Source: Acidobacteriaceae bacterium
GTDB lineage: Bacteria > Acidobacteriota > Terriglobia > Terriglobales > Acidobacteriaceae
Reading direction: 5' to 3'
DNA: 49,377 nucleotides
Assembly: GCA_035648695.1 (NCBI GenBank)
Contig: DASRLB010000087.1
Location: 1-49,377, forward strand
In this document: positions 9,547 through 19,710 of the stretch, piece after piece
Numbering within the stretch: the stretch's first letter is position 1
How the letters are laid out: every line of letters begins with the position of its first letter
Notes under the pieces: generated by a model
The model's input: only the letters and a program-made list of their open reading frames with translations
The model's database searches: none
Told to the model about the DNA's origin: nothing
Made by a program: the position numbers and the translations under genes

Positions 9547-11088
9547 ATGTCAGCAGCATCCGCAACCGCCTCCCCCTCCGCCGCAACATCCGCCCCTCAA
9601 GACCTTTCGCATTGGATCGGCGGCGCAAGTGCAACCGGCTCTTCGGGCCGCTTTTCCGACGTCTATCACCCAGCTTCCGGCCGAGTGCAGTCGCGCGTTC
9701 CACTCGCCAGTGTTGAAGAAGTCGACCAGGCCGTCAAAGCTGCGGCCACCGCGTTTCCCGCGTGGTCTGCGATGCCGCCGCTACGTCGCGCGCGGGTGCT
9801 TTTCCGCTTCCGTGAAATTTACGAGCGTCGCATCGACGAGATCACCGTCACCATCAATCGCGAGCACGGAAAAGTCTACAGCGACGCCAAGGGCGAAGCC
9901 CTCCGCGGCCTCGAAGTCATCGAGTTTGCAACCGGCATCCCGCATCTGCTCAAAGGCGAATTCACCGAACAGGTGGGCAACGGAATCGATGCCTGGACGA
10001 TGCGTCAGCCGCTCGGCGTGGTCGCAGGAATCACTCCGTTCAACTTCCCTTCCATGGTCCCAATGTGGATGATCCCCATCGCACTCGCCTGTGGCAACAC
10101 ATTCATCCTCAAGCCCAGCGAGCGCGACCCGAGCTCCGCAAACCTGATCGCCGACATGCTTCACGAAGCCGGCCTCCCCGCGGGCGTCTTCAATGTCATC
10201 CACGGCGACAAGGTTGCGGTCGACGCGATCCTCGCGCACCCCACCATCCAGGCAGTTACGTTCGTAGGCTCGACGCCAATCGCCGAGTACGTTTACCGCG
10301 AAGGCACGAAGCACGGCAAGCGTGTGCAGGCTCTCGGCGGCGCCAAGAACCACATGATCGTCATGCCCGACGCCGACCTCGATCAGGCCGCCGACGCTCT
10401 CGTTGGAGCAGCCTACGGCTCGGCCGGTGAGCGGTGTATGGCCATCAGCATCGCTGTCGCGGTGGGAAGCCAGACCGCCGATAAACTCGTCGAGAAGCTG
10501 CAAAGCCGCATCGCGGACCTGCGCATCGGCGACGGCGCGAAAGACGAGTCGGACCTCGGCCCGCTCATCACCAAACAGCACCTCGAAAAAGTCACAGGCT
10601 ACGTCGCACTCGGTGAAACCGAGGGCGCGGAGCTTGTCGTCGATGGCCGCAAGGGCGCGCTGCCACAGGGCGACGGCTTCTTCATCGGCGCCTGTCTGTT
10701 CGATCACGTCAAGCCGGACATGCGCATCTACAAGGAAGAAATTTTTGGGCCCGTCCTCGGCATCGTCCGCACCAATAATTTCGAGACCGCGCTGCAACTC
10801 ATCAACGAGCATGAGTTCGGCAACGGCACATCGCTCTTCACGCGCGACGGCGACACGGCCCGCGATTTCGCTCGCCGCGTTCAGGCAGGCATGGTCGGCA
10901 TCAACATCCCGATCCCCGTCCCAATGGCCTTCCACAGCTTCGGCGGATGGAAGCGTTCGCTGTTCGGCGACCACTCCGTTCACGGCCCAGAGGGCATCCG
11001 CTTCTACACTCGCATCAAGGCCATCACCCAACGCTGGCCGACCGGCATCCGCACCGGCGTCGACACCTCCATGCCAACGCTCGGATAG
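9547..11088 (+). CDS. mmsA: CoA-acylating (methyl)malonate-semialdehyde dehydrogenase
   Basis: ALDH motifs [29 protein letters not shown], catalytic AGERCMA, EEIFGPV, and the MMSDH-typical [18 protein letters not shown]. Confidence 0.93.
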   Translation: MSAASATASPSAATSAPQDLSHWIGGASATGSSGRFSDVYHPASGRVQSRVPLASVEEVDQAVKAAATAFPAWSAMPPLRRARVLFRFREIYERRIDEITVTINREHGKVYSDAKGEALRGLEVIEFATGIPHLLKGEFTEQVGNGIDAWTMRQPLGVVAGITPFNFPSMVPMWMIPIALACGNTFILKPSERDPSSANLIADMLHEAGLPAGVFNVIHGDKVAVDAILAHPTIQAVTFVGSTPIAEYVYREGTKHGKRVQALGGAKNHMIVMPDADLDQAADALVGAAYGSAGERCMAISIAVAVGSQTADKLVEKLQSRIADLRIGDGAKDESDLGPLITKQHLEKVTGYVALGETEGAELVVDGRKGALPQGDGFFIGACLFDHVKPDMRIYKEEIFGPVLGIVRTNNFETALQLINEHEFGNGTSLFTRDGDTARDFARRVQAGMVGINIPIPVPMAFHSFGGWKRSLFGDHSVHGPEGIRFYTRIKAITQRWPTGIRTGVDTSMPTLG

Positions 11089-11105
11089 ATCGTCTACGCA
11101 AGACA

Positions 11106-11137
11106 AGAATGCCGCCTCAGGTTCGAGGCGGCATTCT
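11106..11137. terminator. Hairpin between convergent genes, probable bidirectional terminator
   Basis: AGAATGCCGCCTC-aggttc-GAGGCGGCATTCT, a 13-bp perfect stem between the stops at 11088 and 11153. Confidence 0.75.
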
Positions 11138-11152
11138 CATTTGCGCGTATTT

Positions 11153-12571
11153 TTAGCTGTCGGATGTTGCGCTGGTCGTATCGCTTGTCGGCGCGTCGGC
11201 AACTACCAGCGCATCGGCGATGCTCAGATGTTCATCCAGCGCGGCAATCCCTCGATCCAGCTCCTCGCGCGTCACAATCAGCGGTGGCGCAATAACAAAA
11301 TGCGACACCCACGCCTGCATGATGACGCCGTCCGCCAGCATCTTCCCGGCAACCTGATCGACCACCAGCGGCTTGCCCGAAAGCTTGTCAGGATACGTGT
11401 TGAACGGCTCTTTGGTTGTTCGATTCTTGACGATATCCACCGCCCAGAAAAGCCCCTTGCCGCGCACATCGCCGACGCAAGGATGTTTCTCCTTTAGTGC
11501 CTGCAGCTTCTTCTCGACGTACGGCCCCAGTTCCCTCGCCCGCTCGACCAACCCAAGTCTCTTCATCTCGTTGATCGTCGCGACTGCCGGTGCAAGGGTC
11601 ATGGGATGTGCTTCGTATGTATGACCATGCGCAAAGTAGTGGTCGTCGAAGTACGCGCCGATCTTCTCTGAAGTAGCGCACAGACCAAGCGGCACATATG
11701 CCGAAGTAATCCCCTTTGCAGTAGTCAGGATATCGGGCGTCACGCCCCACAGGTTCATCGCGAACCATTCCCCCGCGCGACCCCATCCGCTCATTACCTC
11801 ATCGGCAATCATCAGCACTCCCGTCTCGTCACAGATGCGACGCAGCTTCGGCATGTACTCCGCAGGTGGCACGATAACTCCATTCGTCCCCACAATCGGC
11901 TCGACCAGCACCGCCGCCACATCCGACTCGTTGCGAATCATGTGCTCGAGATAATCGGCGCATGCAATGCCGCATTCCGGATAGGTATGTTTGATCGGGC
12001 ACTTATAGCAGTGGACTTCCGGTCCAAAAATAATGCCCGGCCCCTTCCCACGCGGCTCCATCGGCCAGCGCCGCGGGTCGCCCGTCGCGGCGATGCTGCC
12101 GGCGGTCGAGCCGTGATACGAGCGATACCGCGCGAGGATCTTCGTCTTCCCCGTATACATCCGCGCGATCTTGAATGCCGCTTCGTTCGCGTCGGTGCCG
12201 GACGTCGTAAAGAAAAACTTGTTGATCCCCTTCGGCAGCACTTCCAGCAGCAGCTTCGACAACTCCGCGCGCGCCGTCGTCGCATAACCCGGCATCGCAT
12301 ATGCAAGGTCCTGCGCTTGTTTCGCAATCGACGCGATCACCGCGGGGTTCTTGTGGCCGAGGTTCATGCACATCAACTGCGATGAGAAGTCGAGATATTT
12401 CTTCCCGTTCGCGTCGGTGATGTAGCAGCCCTCCGCATCCACAATGTGCATGGGGTTCCAACCCTTCTGGAAGCGCCATGTGCCGTAGTTCGTTTCGCGT
12501 GTAATCTGCACAACCTCTTGCGAGGTCAGGGCCGCGGGCTGCGTTTGCTCTTGCGTATCGGTAGGACTCAT
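11153..12571 (-). CDS. Class III PLP aminotransferase, probable beta-alanine aminotransferase (PydD-like)
   Basis: YLDFSSQ, SGTDANE, SYHGST, IADEVMSGWGR, PLP lysine TTAKG and HGHTY motifs; last gene of the pyrimidine operon (substrate inferred from context). Confidence 0.85.
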   Translation of the reverse strand: MSPTDTQEQTQPAALTSQEVVQITRETNYGTWRFQKGWNPMHIVDAEGCYITDANGKKYLDFSSQLMCMNLGHKNPAVIASIAKQAQDLAYAMPGYATTARAELSKLLLEVLPKGINKFFFTTSGTDANEAAFKIARMYTGKTKILARYRSYHGSTAGSIAATGDPRRWPMEPRGKGPGIIFGPEVHCYKCPIKHTYPECGIACADYLEHMIRNESDVAAVLVEPIVGTNGVIVPPAEYMPKLRRICDETGVLMIADEVMSGWGRAGEWFAMNLWGVTPDILTTAKGITSAYVPLGLCATSEKIGAYFDDHYFAHGHTYEAHPMTLAPAVATINEMKRLGLVERARELGPYVEKKLQALKEKHPCVGDVRGKGLFWAVDIVKNRTTKEPFNTYPDKLSGKPLVVDQVAGKMLADGVIMQAWVSHFVIAPPLIVTREELDRGIAALDEHLSIADALVVADAPTSDTTSATSDS

Positions 12572-12587
12572 TCGTATTGCCTTTCGT

Positions 12588-14033
12588 TTATTCGGAGACA
12601 GTCTCCGGCCGCACGTGCTGGCCGAGCATCATGATGTAATACAGCCCGCCCGACAAAAAGAAGCCGACGAACCATGCCATTTTAAAAAGTAAATCGAGGC
12701 TCGGAACAAATCTTCCGATGAGCGCCGCCACAATTCCGACGACCAGCGCAATCAGCGCGACTCCGTTGAAGCCATTGCGATACTCATAGATTCCGCCGCG
12801 CCGATACAGCGCCTCCGCGTCCAGCTTCTTGTGTCGCAGAAGAAAATAGTCCGCAATCATGATGCCCGCCACCGGCCCCAGCAGACCGGAATAGTCGACC
12901 AGCCACCCGAGGTAATTGTGCGAGCTCGCCATCAGCTTCCACGGCATGATGCAAAGCCCAAGAACGCCCGTGATCAGTCCGCCGGTGCGGAAGCTGACAT
13001 ACTTCGGCGCAAGGTTCGAGAAGTCGTTCGACGGCCCTACAACGTTGGCGCCGATGTTCACATTCAGCGTCGCGACCAGCAGCGCGATCAACCCCAGAAA
13101 CGCCAGCCACGGCTGATGAAAGCGTCCGAGCAACTCTACCGGGCTCCAGATCGGCTTCCCAAAAATCACTGCCGACGCCGACGTGCATGCAATCCCGAGA
13201 AACGAGTAAAGCGTCATCGCAACCGGCAGCCCAAACGCCTGCCCAAAGATCTGCGCATCCTGGTTCTTCGCATAGCGCGTGAAGTCTGGAATATTCAGCG
13301 ACAGCGTCGCCCAATATCCAACCATGCCCGTCAATGCCGGAATAAAATATCGCAGGAACGACGGCGTATCCGCGAACTTGCTCGGCGCCGCGAGCATCGG
13401 CCCAAACCCGCCCGCCTTATGCAGCATGAACCCCAGCAGCAGCGCCGACATGATGACCATAAACGGCGCCGAATAACTTTGCAGAAACCGGATCGACTCT
13501 ACCCCGCGCCACACCACAAACATATTCAACAGCCAGAAGCCGAAGAAGCACGCCCATCCAACCCACGGCATAGCTTCCGTACTCGGAGCAAGAATGTTGA
13601 CCATCTGCGTGATCGCCATACCGCCGATCCACGATTGAATCCCAAACCACCCGCACGCCACGATCGCCCGTAAAATCGCCGGAATATTGGCGCCGCGCGT
13701 CCCAAAGCTCGCCCGCACAAACACCGGAAACGGAATGCCGTACTTCGCGCCTGCATGTGCATTCAGCAGCATCGGGACCAGCACAATCAGGTTGCCCAGC
13801 AGGATCGTTCCCACCGCCTGCTTCCAGTTCATGCCGCCCGCAATCAGCGACGACGCCAGCATGTACGTCGTCACTTCCATCGACATCGAAAACCACAGCG
13901 CGATGTAGTTGTACGTGCTCCACGTCCGCTGCTCTGGCAGCGTTGGCGCGAGGTCGTCGTTGTACAGGCGCGCATCCGCTCCGGCGATTCCGTGTTGTCC
14001 CGGATGCATCGCCGGCGCGACCTCAGTCAGCAT
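12588..14033 (-). CDS. NCS1-family nucleobase permease (uracil/dihydropyrimidine/hydantoin type)
   Basis: Multi-TM protein with AKYGIPFPVFVRASFG, ACGWFGIQ, WATLSLNIPDFTRY and NIGANVV motifs; ATG overlaps the hydA stop (TGATG). Confidence 0.92.
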   Translation of the reverse strand: MLTEVAPAMHPGQHGIAGADARLYNDDLAPTLPEQRTWSTYNYIALWFSMSMEVTTYMLASSLIAGGMNWKQAVGTILLGNLIVLVPMLLNAHAGAKYGIPFPVFVRASFGTRGANIPAILRAIVACGWFGIQSWIGGMAITQMVNILAPSTEAMPWVGWACFFGFWLLNMFVVWRGVESIRFLQSYSAPFMVIMSALLLGFMLHKAGGFGPMLAAPSKFADTPSFLRYFIPALTGMVGYWATLSLNIPDFTRYAKNQDAQIFGQAFGLPVAMTLYSFLGIACTSASAVIFGKPIWSPVELLGRFHQPWLAFLGLIALLVATLNVNIGANVVGPSNDFSNLAPKYVSFRTGGLITGVLGLCIMPWKLMASSHNYLGWLVDYSGLLGPVAGIMIADYFLLRHKKLDAEALYRRGGIYEYRNGFNGVALIALVVGIVAALIGRFVPSLDLLFKMAWFVGFFLSGGLYYIMMLGQHVRPETVSE

Positions 14034-15430
14034 CAACCAAGCCCTCCGGCATTCGCTTCACGCTTCACAAACTTGCCATAGCCAACCTCGCCGACAAATT
14101 TGCCGTCATCCACTACCCGTTGTCCGCGCGAGTAAACATGCTTCGCATTCCCGCGCACCTTCCATCCTTCAAACATCGAGTAGTCAGTCGCCATGCACTG
14201 CGTCGCGGCCGAAATCGTGTAGTCCGCATTCGGGTTCCACAACAGAATGTCCGCGTCTTTGCCCGCTGCGATCACGCCCTTCTGCGCCATTCCAAAAATG
14301 CGCGCCGGAGCGGTGCTGCTTAGTTCAACAAACCTCTCCGGTGTGATCCGTCCCGCATTCACGCCGAAATGCCACAGTATTTGAAGCCGATTCTCAATGC
14401 CCGGCCCTCCGTTCGGAATCTTGCGAAAGTCGCCTTTGCCAAGCGCCTTCTGCTCCATCGTGAACGGACAGTGGTCGGTAGACACAACAGAAATCGAGCC
14501 ATCAGCCAGGGCGGCCCACAGCGGGTCCTGGTTCTTCTTCTCGCGCAGCGGCGGAGTGAACACAAACTTCGCTTCGTCCCAGCTCTTGCCCGGCATCTGG
14601 TCGTCGATCGAGAGCACTAAATACTGCGTGCAGGTTTCTGCCAGCGCACGCGCGCCGCGGCCTTGCATGAACTTCAACTCCGCAAGCGCGGCCTCGTTGG
14701 ACAGATGAACGATATACACCGCGCAACCCGCCATGTCCGCCAAAGCAATGCTGCGGTGCGTCGCCTCGGCTTCAGCCTTGGGCGAGCGCGAAAGCGCGTG
14801 GTAGTGCGGCTCAGTCTTGCCTTCCGCAATCATCTGCGCGACGACAATATCGATAGCGCTGCCATTTTCAGCATGAATGCAGCAGAGCGCATTGAGGGCG
14901 GCAGCCTTCTGCATCACCTGGAACATCAGCCCATCGTCGATCATCAGAACATTCGGATACGCCATAAAGAGCTTGAAGCTGGTGATGCCGAAGCGCACCA
15001 TGTCTTCCATCTCTTGCAGCGTTTCAGCGCCGCCCTCGCCGTGCAGATTGGTCACGGCCATGTGGAGCGAGAAGTCGACGCACGCCTTGCCATCGGACTT
15101 CTTGAGCCAGATTTTGAGCGCGTCGTGCAGCGTGCTGCTCTGATTTTGCAGCGCGAAGTCGATGATGGTGGTGGTTCCGCCGACGGCCGCGGCCTGCGTT
15201 CCGGTCGTGTAATCATCCGCGGAAGTCGTGCCCCCAAACGGCATATCCAGATGCGTATGCACGTCGATGCCGCCCGGCATCACCAGCAGCCCTGTCGCAT
15301 CGACAACCGTATGCCCATCCGGCGCAATGTCCACCGCAACTTCGCGAATCGTCTCGCCTTCCACCAGCACGTCCAGCCGCTGCGAGCCTTCCGCGCTTAC
15401 CACTGTCCCGTTCTTGATCAGAGTTCCCAT
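14033..15430 (-). CDS. hydA: Dihydropyrimidinase (D-hydantoinase)
   Basis: PGGIDVHTH, GGTTT, SFKLFMAY, HAENG, STDHCPF and IPNGGPGIENR motifs; start moved to MGTLIKNG, which has a GGAG SD. Confidence 0.95.
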   Translation of the reverse strand: MGTLIKNGTVVSAEGSQRLDVLVEGETIREVAVDIAPDGHTVVDATGLLVMPGGIDVHTHLDMPFGGTTSADDYTTGTQAAAVGGTTTIIDFALQNQSSTLHDALKIWLKKSDGKACVDFSLHMAVTNLHGEGGAETLQEMEDMVRFGITSFKLFMAYPNVLMIDDGLMFQVMQKAAALNALCCIHAENGSAIDIVVAQMIAEGKTEPHYHALSRSPKAEAEATHRSIALADMAGCAVYIVHLSNEAALAELKFMQGRGARALAETCTQYLVLSIDDQMPGKSWDEAKFVFTPPLREKKNQDPLWAALADGSISVVSTDHCPFTMEQKALGKGDFRKIPNGGPGIENRLQILWHFGVNAGRITPERFVELSSTAPARIFGMAQKGVIAAGKDADILLWNPNADYTISAATQCMATDYSMFEGWKVRGNAKHVYSRGQRVVDDGKFVGEVGYGKFVKREANAGGLG

Positions 15431-15478
15431 GTCCCGCACTCCTGTTGCATTAATCATGCGCCGTCAAAGGCACTCGCG

Positions 15479-16951
15479 CTAGTGGTTCGGATTCGCCGCG
15501 AGTTCAGCGCCCGTCGGAGCGATGCCTGCTGCGACACGCTCCGCCCATGTCTGCGGCGCGAGCCCGTTGTCGATGCGCTCCATCGTGATGCAGTCTTCAA
15601 CAGGACAAACCAGCGAGCACAAATTGCAGCCCACGCACTCATCCACATCCACACGCGGGATGCGGCTCAGCGGCGTGACACTGCTCTCGGTGCCCGCTCC
15701 ATCCAGATCCAGTTTAGGAATCGGCGTCGTCGAAATGGTCTTCCCCGACTGCGCTTGCCTCATCGCGGGCGTCGGCTTTCCATGCGGGTTCGCGTCGTTG
15801 TGAGCGTAACGAGGATCGACGCCGGTCACGATAGCCTGCGTCCCACCTTCGGGACGGTCCATGTGGATGCATTGATGCGCGCCGTCCCAGCACGCTGTGT
15901 AGCAAAGCTGGCAGCCGATGCACTTCTCCGCATGGATCTCAGCGACCACGCGATAATTCAAATTCAGGTTCTTCCACTCGCGCATGTTCGGCAGCGAAAG
16001 CCCGCGGAAATCGTCGATCGTTTCGTAACCCTTCTGCCTCATCCAATCGAGCAGCCCATCGCCCATGTCTTCGACAATGCGATACCCATAATGCATCGCC
16101 GCCGTACACACCTGCACGGTGCCCGAGCCCAGCAGAATAAACTCCGCCGCATCCTGCCACGATCCGATGCCACCGATGCCCGACATCGGCAGCGGTTTGC
16201 CGTCCGTAAAGTCGGAGTTCACCTGCTGCACCATGTTCAGCGCAATCGGCTTCACCGCCGGCCCGCAATATCCGCCGTGCGACGACTTGCCATCGACCAT
16301 CGGCCGCGGCTCCAGCGTATTCAGATCGATCCCGGTGATCGAATTGATCGTGTTGATCGCCGACAACGCATCCGCCCCGGCGCGTTTCGCCGCGCGCGCC
16401 GGAATGCGAATATCGGAGATGTTCGGCGTCAGTTTCACGATCACCGGCGTCCGCGCTTTCTCCTTCACCCAGCCCGTAATCTGCTGGCAATACTCCGGCA
16501 CCTGGCCCACAGCCGACCCCATGCCCCGCTCGCTCATTCCATGCGGACAACCGAAGTTCAACTCCAGCCCATCGGCGCCTGCATCTTCGGCGCGCTGCAC
16601 CATTTCGTGCCACACATCCCGCTTCGATTCCACCATCAGCGAAGCGATCACCACATGCTTCGGATACCGCCGCTTCACCTCCGCAATCTCGCGCAGATTC
16701 ACTTCGGTAGGGCGGTCCGAGATCAACTCAATATTGTTGAACCCCATCATCCGTTGTCCGTTCCAGTCCACAGACGAGTAACGCGACGACACATTCGTGA
16801 TCGGCTCGCCGATCGTCTTCCACACCGCTCCGCCCCATCCCGCATCGAACGCGCGCATAATCTGCTCACCGCAATTTGTCGGCGGAGCAGACGCAAGCCA
16901 GAATGGGTTCATACATTTAATTCCAGCAAAAGTCGTTTCAAGCGTTGGCAT
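15479..16951 (-). CDS. preA: Dihydropyrimidine dehydrogenase subunit PreA
   Basis: NPFWLASAPP, NNIELISDR, ELNFGCPHGM and KLTPN motifs plus two C-terminal 4Fe-4S motifs; start MPTLE at 16951 overlaps the preT end. Confidence 0.95.
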   Translation of the reverse strand: MPTLETTFAGIKCMNPFWLASAPPTNCGEQIMRAFDAGWGGAVWKTIGEPITNVSSRYSSVDWNGQRMMGFNNIELISDRPTEVNLREIAEVKRRYPKHVVIASLMVESKRDVWHEMVQRAEDAGADGLELNFGCPHGMSERGMGSAVGQVPEYCQQITGWVKEKARTPVIVKLTPNISDIRIPARAAKRAGADALSAINTINSITGIDLNTLEPRPMVDGKSSHGGYCGPAVKPIALNMVQQVNSDFTDGKPLPMSGIGGIGSWQDAAEFILLGSGTVQVCTAAMHYGYRIVEDMGDGLLDWMRQKGYETIDDFRGLSLPNMREWKNLNLNYRVVAEIHAEKCIGCQLCYTACWDGAHQCIHMDRPEGGTQAIVTGVDPRYAHNDANPHGKPTPAMRQAQSGKTISTTPIPKLDLDGAGTESSVTPLSRIPRVDVDECVGCNLCSLVCPVEDCITMERIDNGLAPQTWAERVAAGIAPTGAELAANPNH

Positions 16952-18287
16952 CTTTGCCCTCCAGCCATGCGGCAATTCCAATGCCGGCCCGTTTTCCGTC
17001 TGCTACCGCATCCACAACTTCGCGGCCGCCATTGGTGCAATCGCCACCCGCAAAATATTTCGGATTCGACGTTTGCCCCGACGCGCGGTCAATCAAAATC
17101 CGTCCACGCTCCAGCCTTACCTTTTCATCAGCGATCAGAAAATCCGTATGCGTCGATTGCCCAATCGCCAGCACGATCCAGTCGACAGGCAGCACAAAAT
17201 TCGTCTCCTGCTTCGGAACCAGCGACCCGTCCGCGCTCGATTCGAGCTGCTGCAATTCGAGCCCCTCCACCGCGGCGCTGCCCTCAATGCCGGCCGGCTG
17301 CACATGCCACAGAAACTTAACGCCTTCCTGCTTCGCGTGTTCATACTCGAAGTCGAAAGCCGACATTTGCTCCGGCCCACGGCGATAGATCATATGCACT
17401 TCACGCGCGCCCAGCCGGACCGCTGCGTTGGCCGCATCGATCGCCGTATTCCCGGCGCCCACAACCGCAACCCGTTCCGGGGCAGAAGTGATCGCACCAC
17501 TCTTATAGCCGGCAATGAAATCAAGCGCATTCGTCACGCCCTGCATCTGCTCGCCCGCAATGCCAAGCCGATGAATCGCGCCCAGCCCCAGTCCCAGAAA
17601 AACGGCATCGTACGCAGTTTCCAACTCCGCCAACTTCGCCGCATCCACCATCACGTTGAAATTAAAATTCACTCCAAGCTGCGCCAGCAAATCAATCTCT
17701 CGCAGACTCGCGTCGAGCGTCAGCTTGTACTCCGCAATCCCGTAGGTATTCAACCCACCCGGCAACGGCCGCGCATCGTAAATGTCCGCGCGAATCCCCC
17801 GCCGGCGAAGCTCCGCCGCGCACGCAAGCGACGCAGGGCCGCCACCGATCAGCGCAACAGATTTGCCGGTATCCTCCCCTGGAGAAAACGGAAGCGGCGC
17901 TCCACTCTCATGCAGCGCGTCCATCGCAAAGCGTTGCAGCCGTCCAATTTCAATCGGCTTCTTGTTGTAGCGATGCATCACGCAAGCGCCTTCGCACAGC
18001 ACCTGCACCGGGCACGCACGCGAGCAGCTCTCGCCAAGAATATTCGCATCCAGAATCGTCTTCGCCGAGCCCGCCAGGTTCCCGCTGGCAATCTTCTTGA
18101 TGAACTTCGGCACATCGATGTGGGTAGGACAGGCCTGCGTACACGGTGCGTCGAAACAGTACAGACACCGGTTCGCCTCCGGCACCGCCGCCTGCTTATC
18201 GAACGCAGGATGCAGGTCCGGAAAACGTTGCGCAATCTCCGGCGACGCCTTCGACTGCTCTTGAAAACTTGTTGCTTCGCTCATCAT
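16938..18287 (-). CDS. preT: Dihydropyrimidine dehydrogenase subunit PreT (GltD-like)
   Basis: RCLYCFDAPCTQACP and CSRACP..LCEGAC Fe-S motifs, two Rossmann motifs (GGGPAS, GAGNTAID); alternative start at 18284. Confidence 0.93.
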   Translation of the reverse strand: MMSEATSFQEQSKASPEIAQRFPDLHPAFDKQAAVPEANRCLYCFDAPCTQACPTHIDVPKFIKKIASGNLAGSAKTILDANILGESCSRACPVQVLCEGACVMHRYNKKPIEIGRLQRFAMDALHESGAPLPFSPGEDTGKSVALIGGGPASLACAAELRRRGIRADIYDARPLPGGLNTYGIAEYKLTLDASLREIDLLAQLGVNFNFNVMVDAAKLAELETAYDAVFLGLGLGAIHRLGIAGEQMQGVTNALDFIAGYKSGAITSAPERVAVVGAGNTAIDAANAAVRLGAREVHMIYRRGPEQMSAFDFEYEHAKQEGVKFLWHVQPAGIEGSAAVEGLELQQLESSADGSLVPKQETNFVLPVDWIVLAIGQSTHTDFLIADEKVRLERGRILIDRASGQTSNPKYFAGGDCTNGGREVVDAVADGKRAGIGIAAWLEGKDANA

Positions 18288-18324
18288 GACCCTTCAATCG
18301 CCTCGCCGCTTAAGAAATGCAATA

Positions 18325-18428
18325 CCCGCATCGGATGGCAAATCCATGCGGGCTTCCTAGCGACTTCAGCGCCGTTTCTGAAGTCACGATTATGCACTAT
18401 TTACGAGGCTTTGGGGTATCCCCCAAAG
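18325..18428 (-). promoter_or_regulatory. Structured intergenic region upstream of preT: three inverted repeats and a CATAAT -10 candidate
   Basis: Stems at 18325-18352, 18360-18387 and 18409-18428; CATAAT on the minus strand at 18389-18394. Confidence 0.5.
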
Positions 18429-18435
18429 TACCTGC

Positions 18436-19680
18436 TCAGCTTCGGTCTGACAGCATCCACGCCATCGTCTTGTCCGCCAGCGCGCCAAACGCCTTTACCG
18501 CCAGCTCCACATGCTCGCGTTTCGTGTCTTCGGCGCGATTGTGGCTCAGCCCGTTCAGCGACTGCACGAACATCATCACCGTCGGCACGCCGAGCTGCGC
18601 GATCTCCGCGGCGTCATGCAGCGGCCCCGACGGCAGACGCTCCGATTCACCTGCCGTCTCCACAATCGCCTCATCGCACAGCCGTATCAATTCCGGATGA
18701 AACGGTATCGGCGCAATCGACCAGATTTTCGACCACTCCACCGTACAACCCTCTTCCTTCGCAAACCGCTCGCTGGCCTCCTGGGCCTCTCGCAACATCC
18801 CTGCAAGGACGTCCGCATCGAGATCGCGCATATCCAGCGTCGTCTCGCAACGCCCGACGACAGCAGTCACAATCCCCGGAAAAGTCTTGACGCTCCCCAT
18901 CGTGCAAACGGCCTGTGGATGCTTCATCGCAATCGGCCGAATCTCCAGCGCAAGCTTGGCAGCGGCGGCCAGCGCATCGCGGCGCACCTCCATCGGCGTC
19001 GACCCTGAATGCGCTTCCTGTCCGCGAAAAGTGATCGCGTGACGCTCCACACCCTTGGTTCCCTGCACCACGGCCAGCGACTTGCCAAGACGTTCGAGGA
19101 TCGGTCCCTGCTCGATGTGTAATTCAAGATACGCGGCCATATTCGCCTGCTCGACGGACGCCTCGCCGACACTCTGCACGCTCACGCCGCATTGTTTCAG
19201 CGCGGCTTCCAGCGTTGTGCCTTCGCGGTCCACACGCACGCGGTCGGCCTCGATGCTGTGCGTCCCCGCAAACGCGGACGACCCGAACAGGCTGCGGCCG
19301 AAGCGCGCACCCTCTTCATCGGCCCAGTCCACAAGCCGCACGGTGACCGGCGGCCGCCCGTTCGTATCCCGCACCATGCTGCGCAAAACTTCGAGCCCCG
19401 TGAGCACTCCGAGACAGCCGTCCAGCCATCCGCCGTTCGGCACTGAGTCCAGATGGCTCCCCAGCACCAGCGCTTTCTCGGACTCGCCACGTAACGTTAC
19501 CCAATGATTGCCCGCGGCATCGTAGCGGTGCTCCACCGGCAGCCCCGCAAGTTTTTCCTCGAACCACGCGCGGGCCTTCAACCACGTAGGCGACCATGCC
19601 ACACGTTGCGCCCCATCTTCATTCGCGGTCAGCGCCCGCAGTTCATCGAGGTCGGCAAGCACAGCCTTCGAGTCGATCAT
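18436..19680 (-). CDS. Zn-dependent M20-family amidohydrolase, probable beta-ureidopropionase / N-carbamoyl-amino-acid hydrolase (PydC/HyuC-like)
   Basis: GSHLDSVPNGGWLDG, DEEGARFG, ELHIEQGP, HSGSTPM, SGPLHDA and SHNRAE motifs; SD GGAGG. Confidence 0.9.
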   Translation of the reverse strand: MIDSKAVLADLDELRALTANEDGAQRVAWSPTWLKARAWFEEKLAGLPVEHRYDAAGNHWVTLRGESEKALVLGSHLDSVPNGGWLDGCLGVLTGLEVLRSMVRDTNGRPPVTVRLVDWADEEGARFGRSLFGSSAFAGTHSIEADRVRVDREGTTLEAALKQCGVSVQSVGEASVEQANMAAYLELHIEQGPILERLGKSLAVVQGTKGVERHAITFRGQEAHSGSTPMEVRRDALAAAAKLALEIRPIAMKHPQAVCTMGSVKTFPGIVTAVVGRCETTLDMRDLDADVLAGMLREAQEASERFAKEEGCTVEWSKIWSIAPIPFHPELIRLCDEAIVETAGESERLPSGPLHDAAEIAQLGVPTVMMFVQSLNGLSHNRAEDTKREHVELAVKAFGALADKTMAWMLSDRS

Positions 19681-19710
19681 CAGTTCTTCCTCCGACGGGC
19701 CGCTCAGCCA

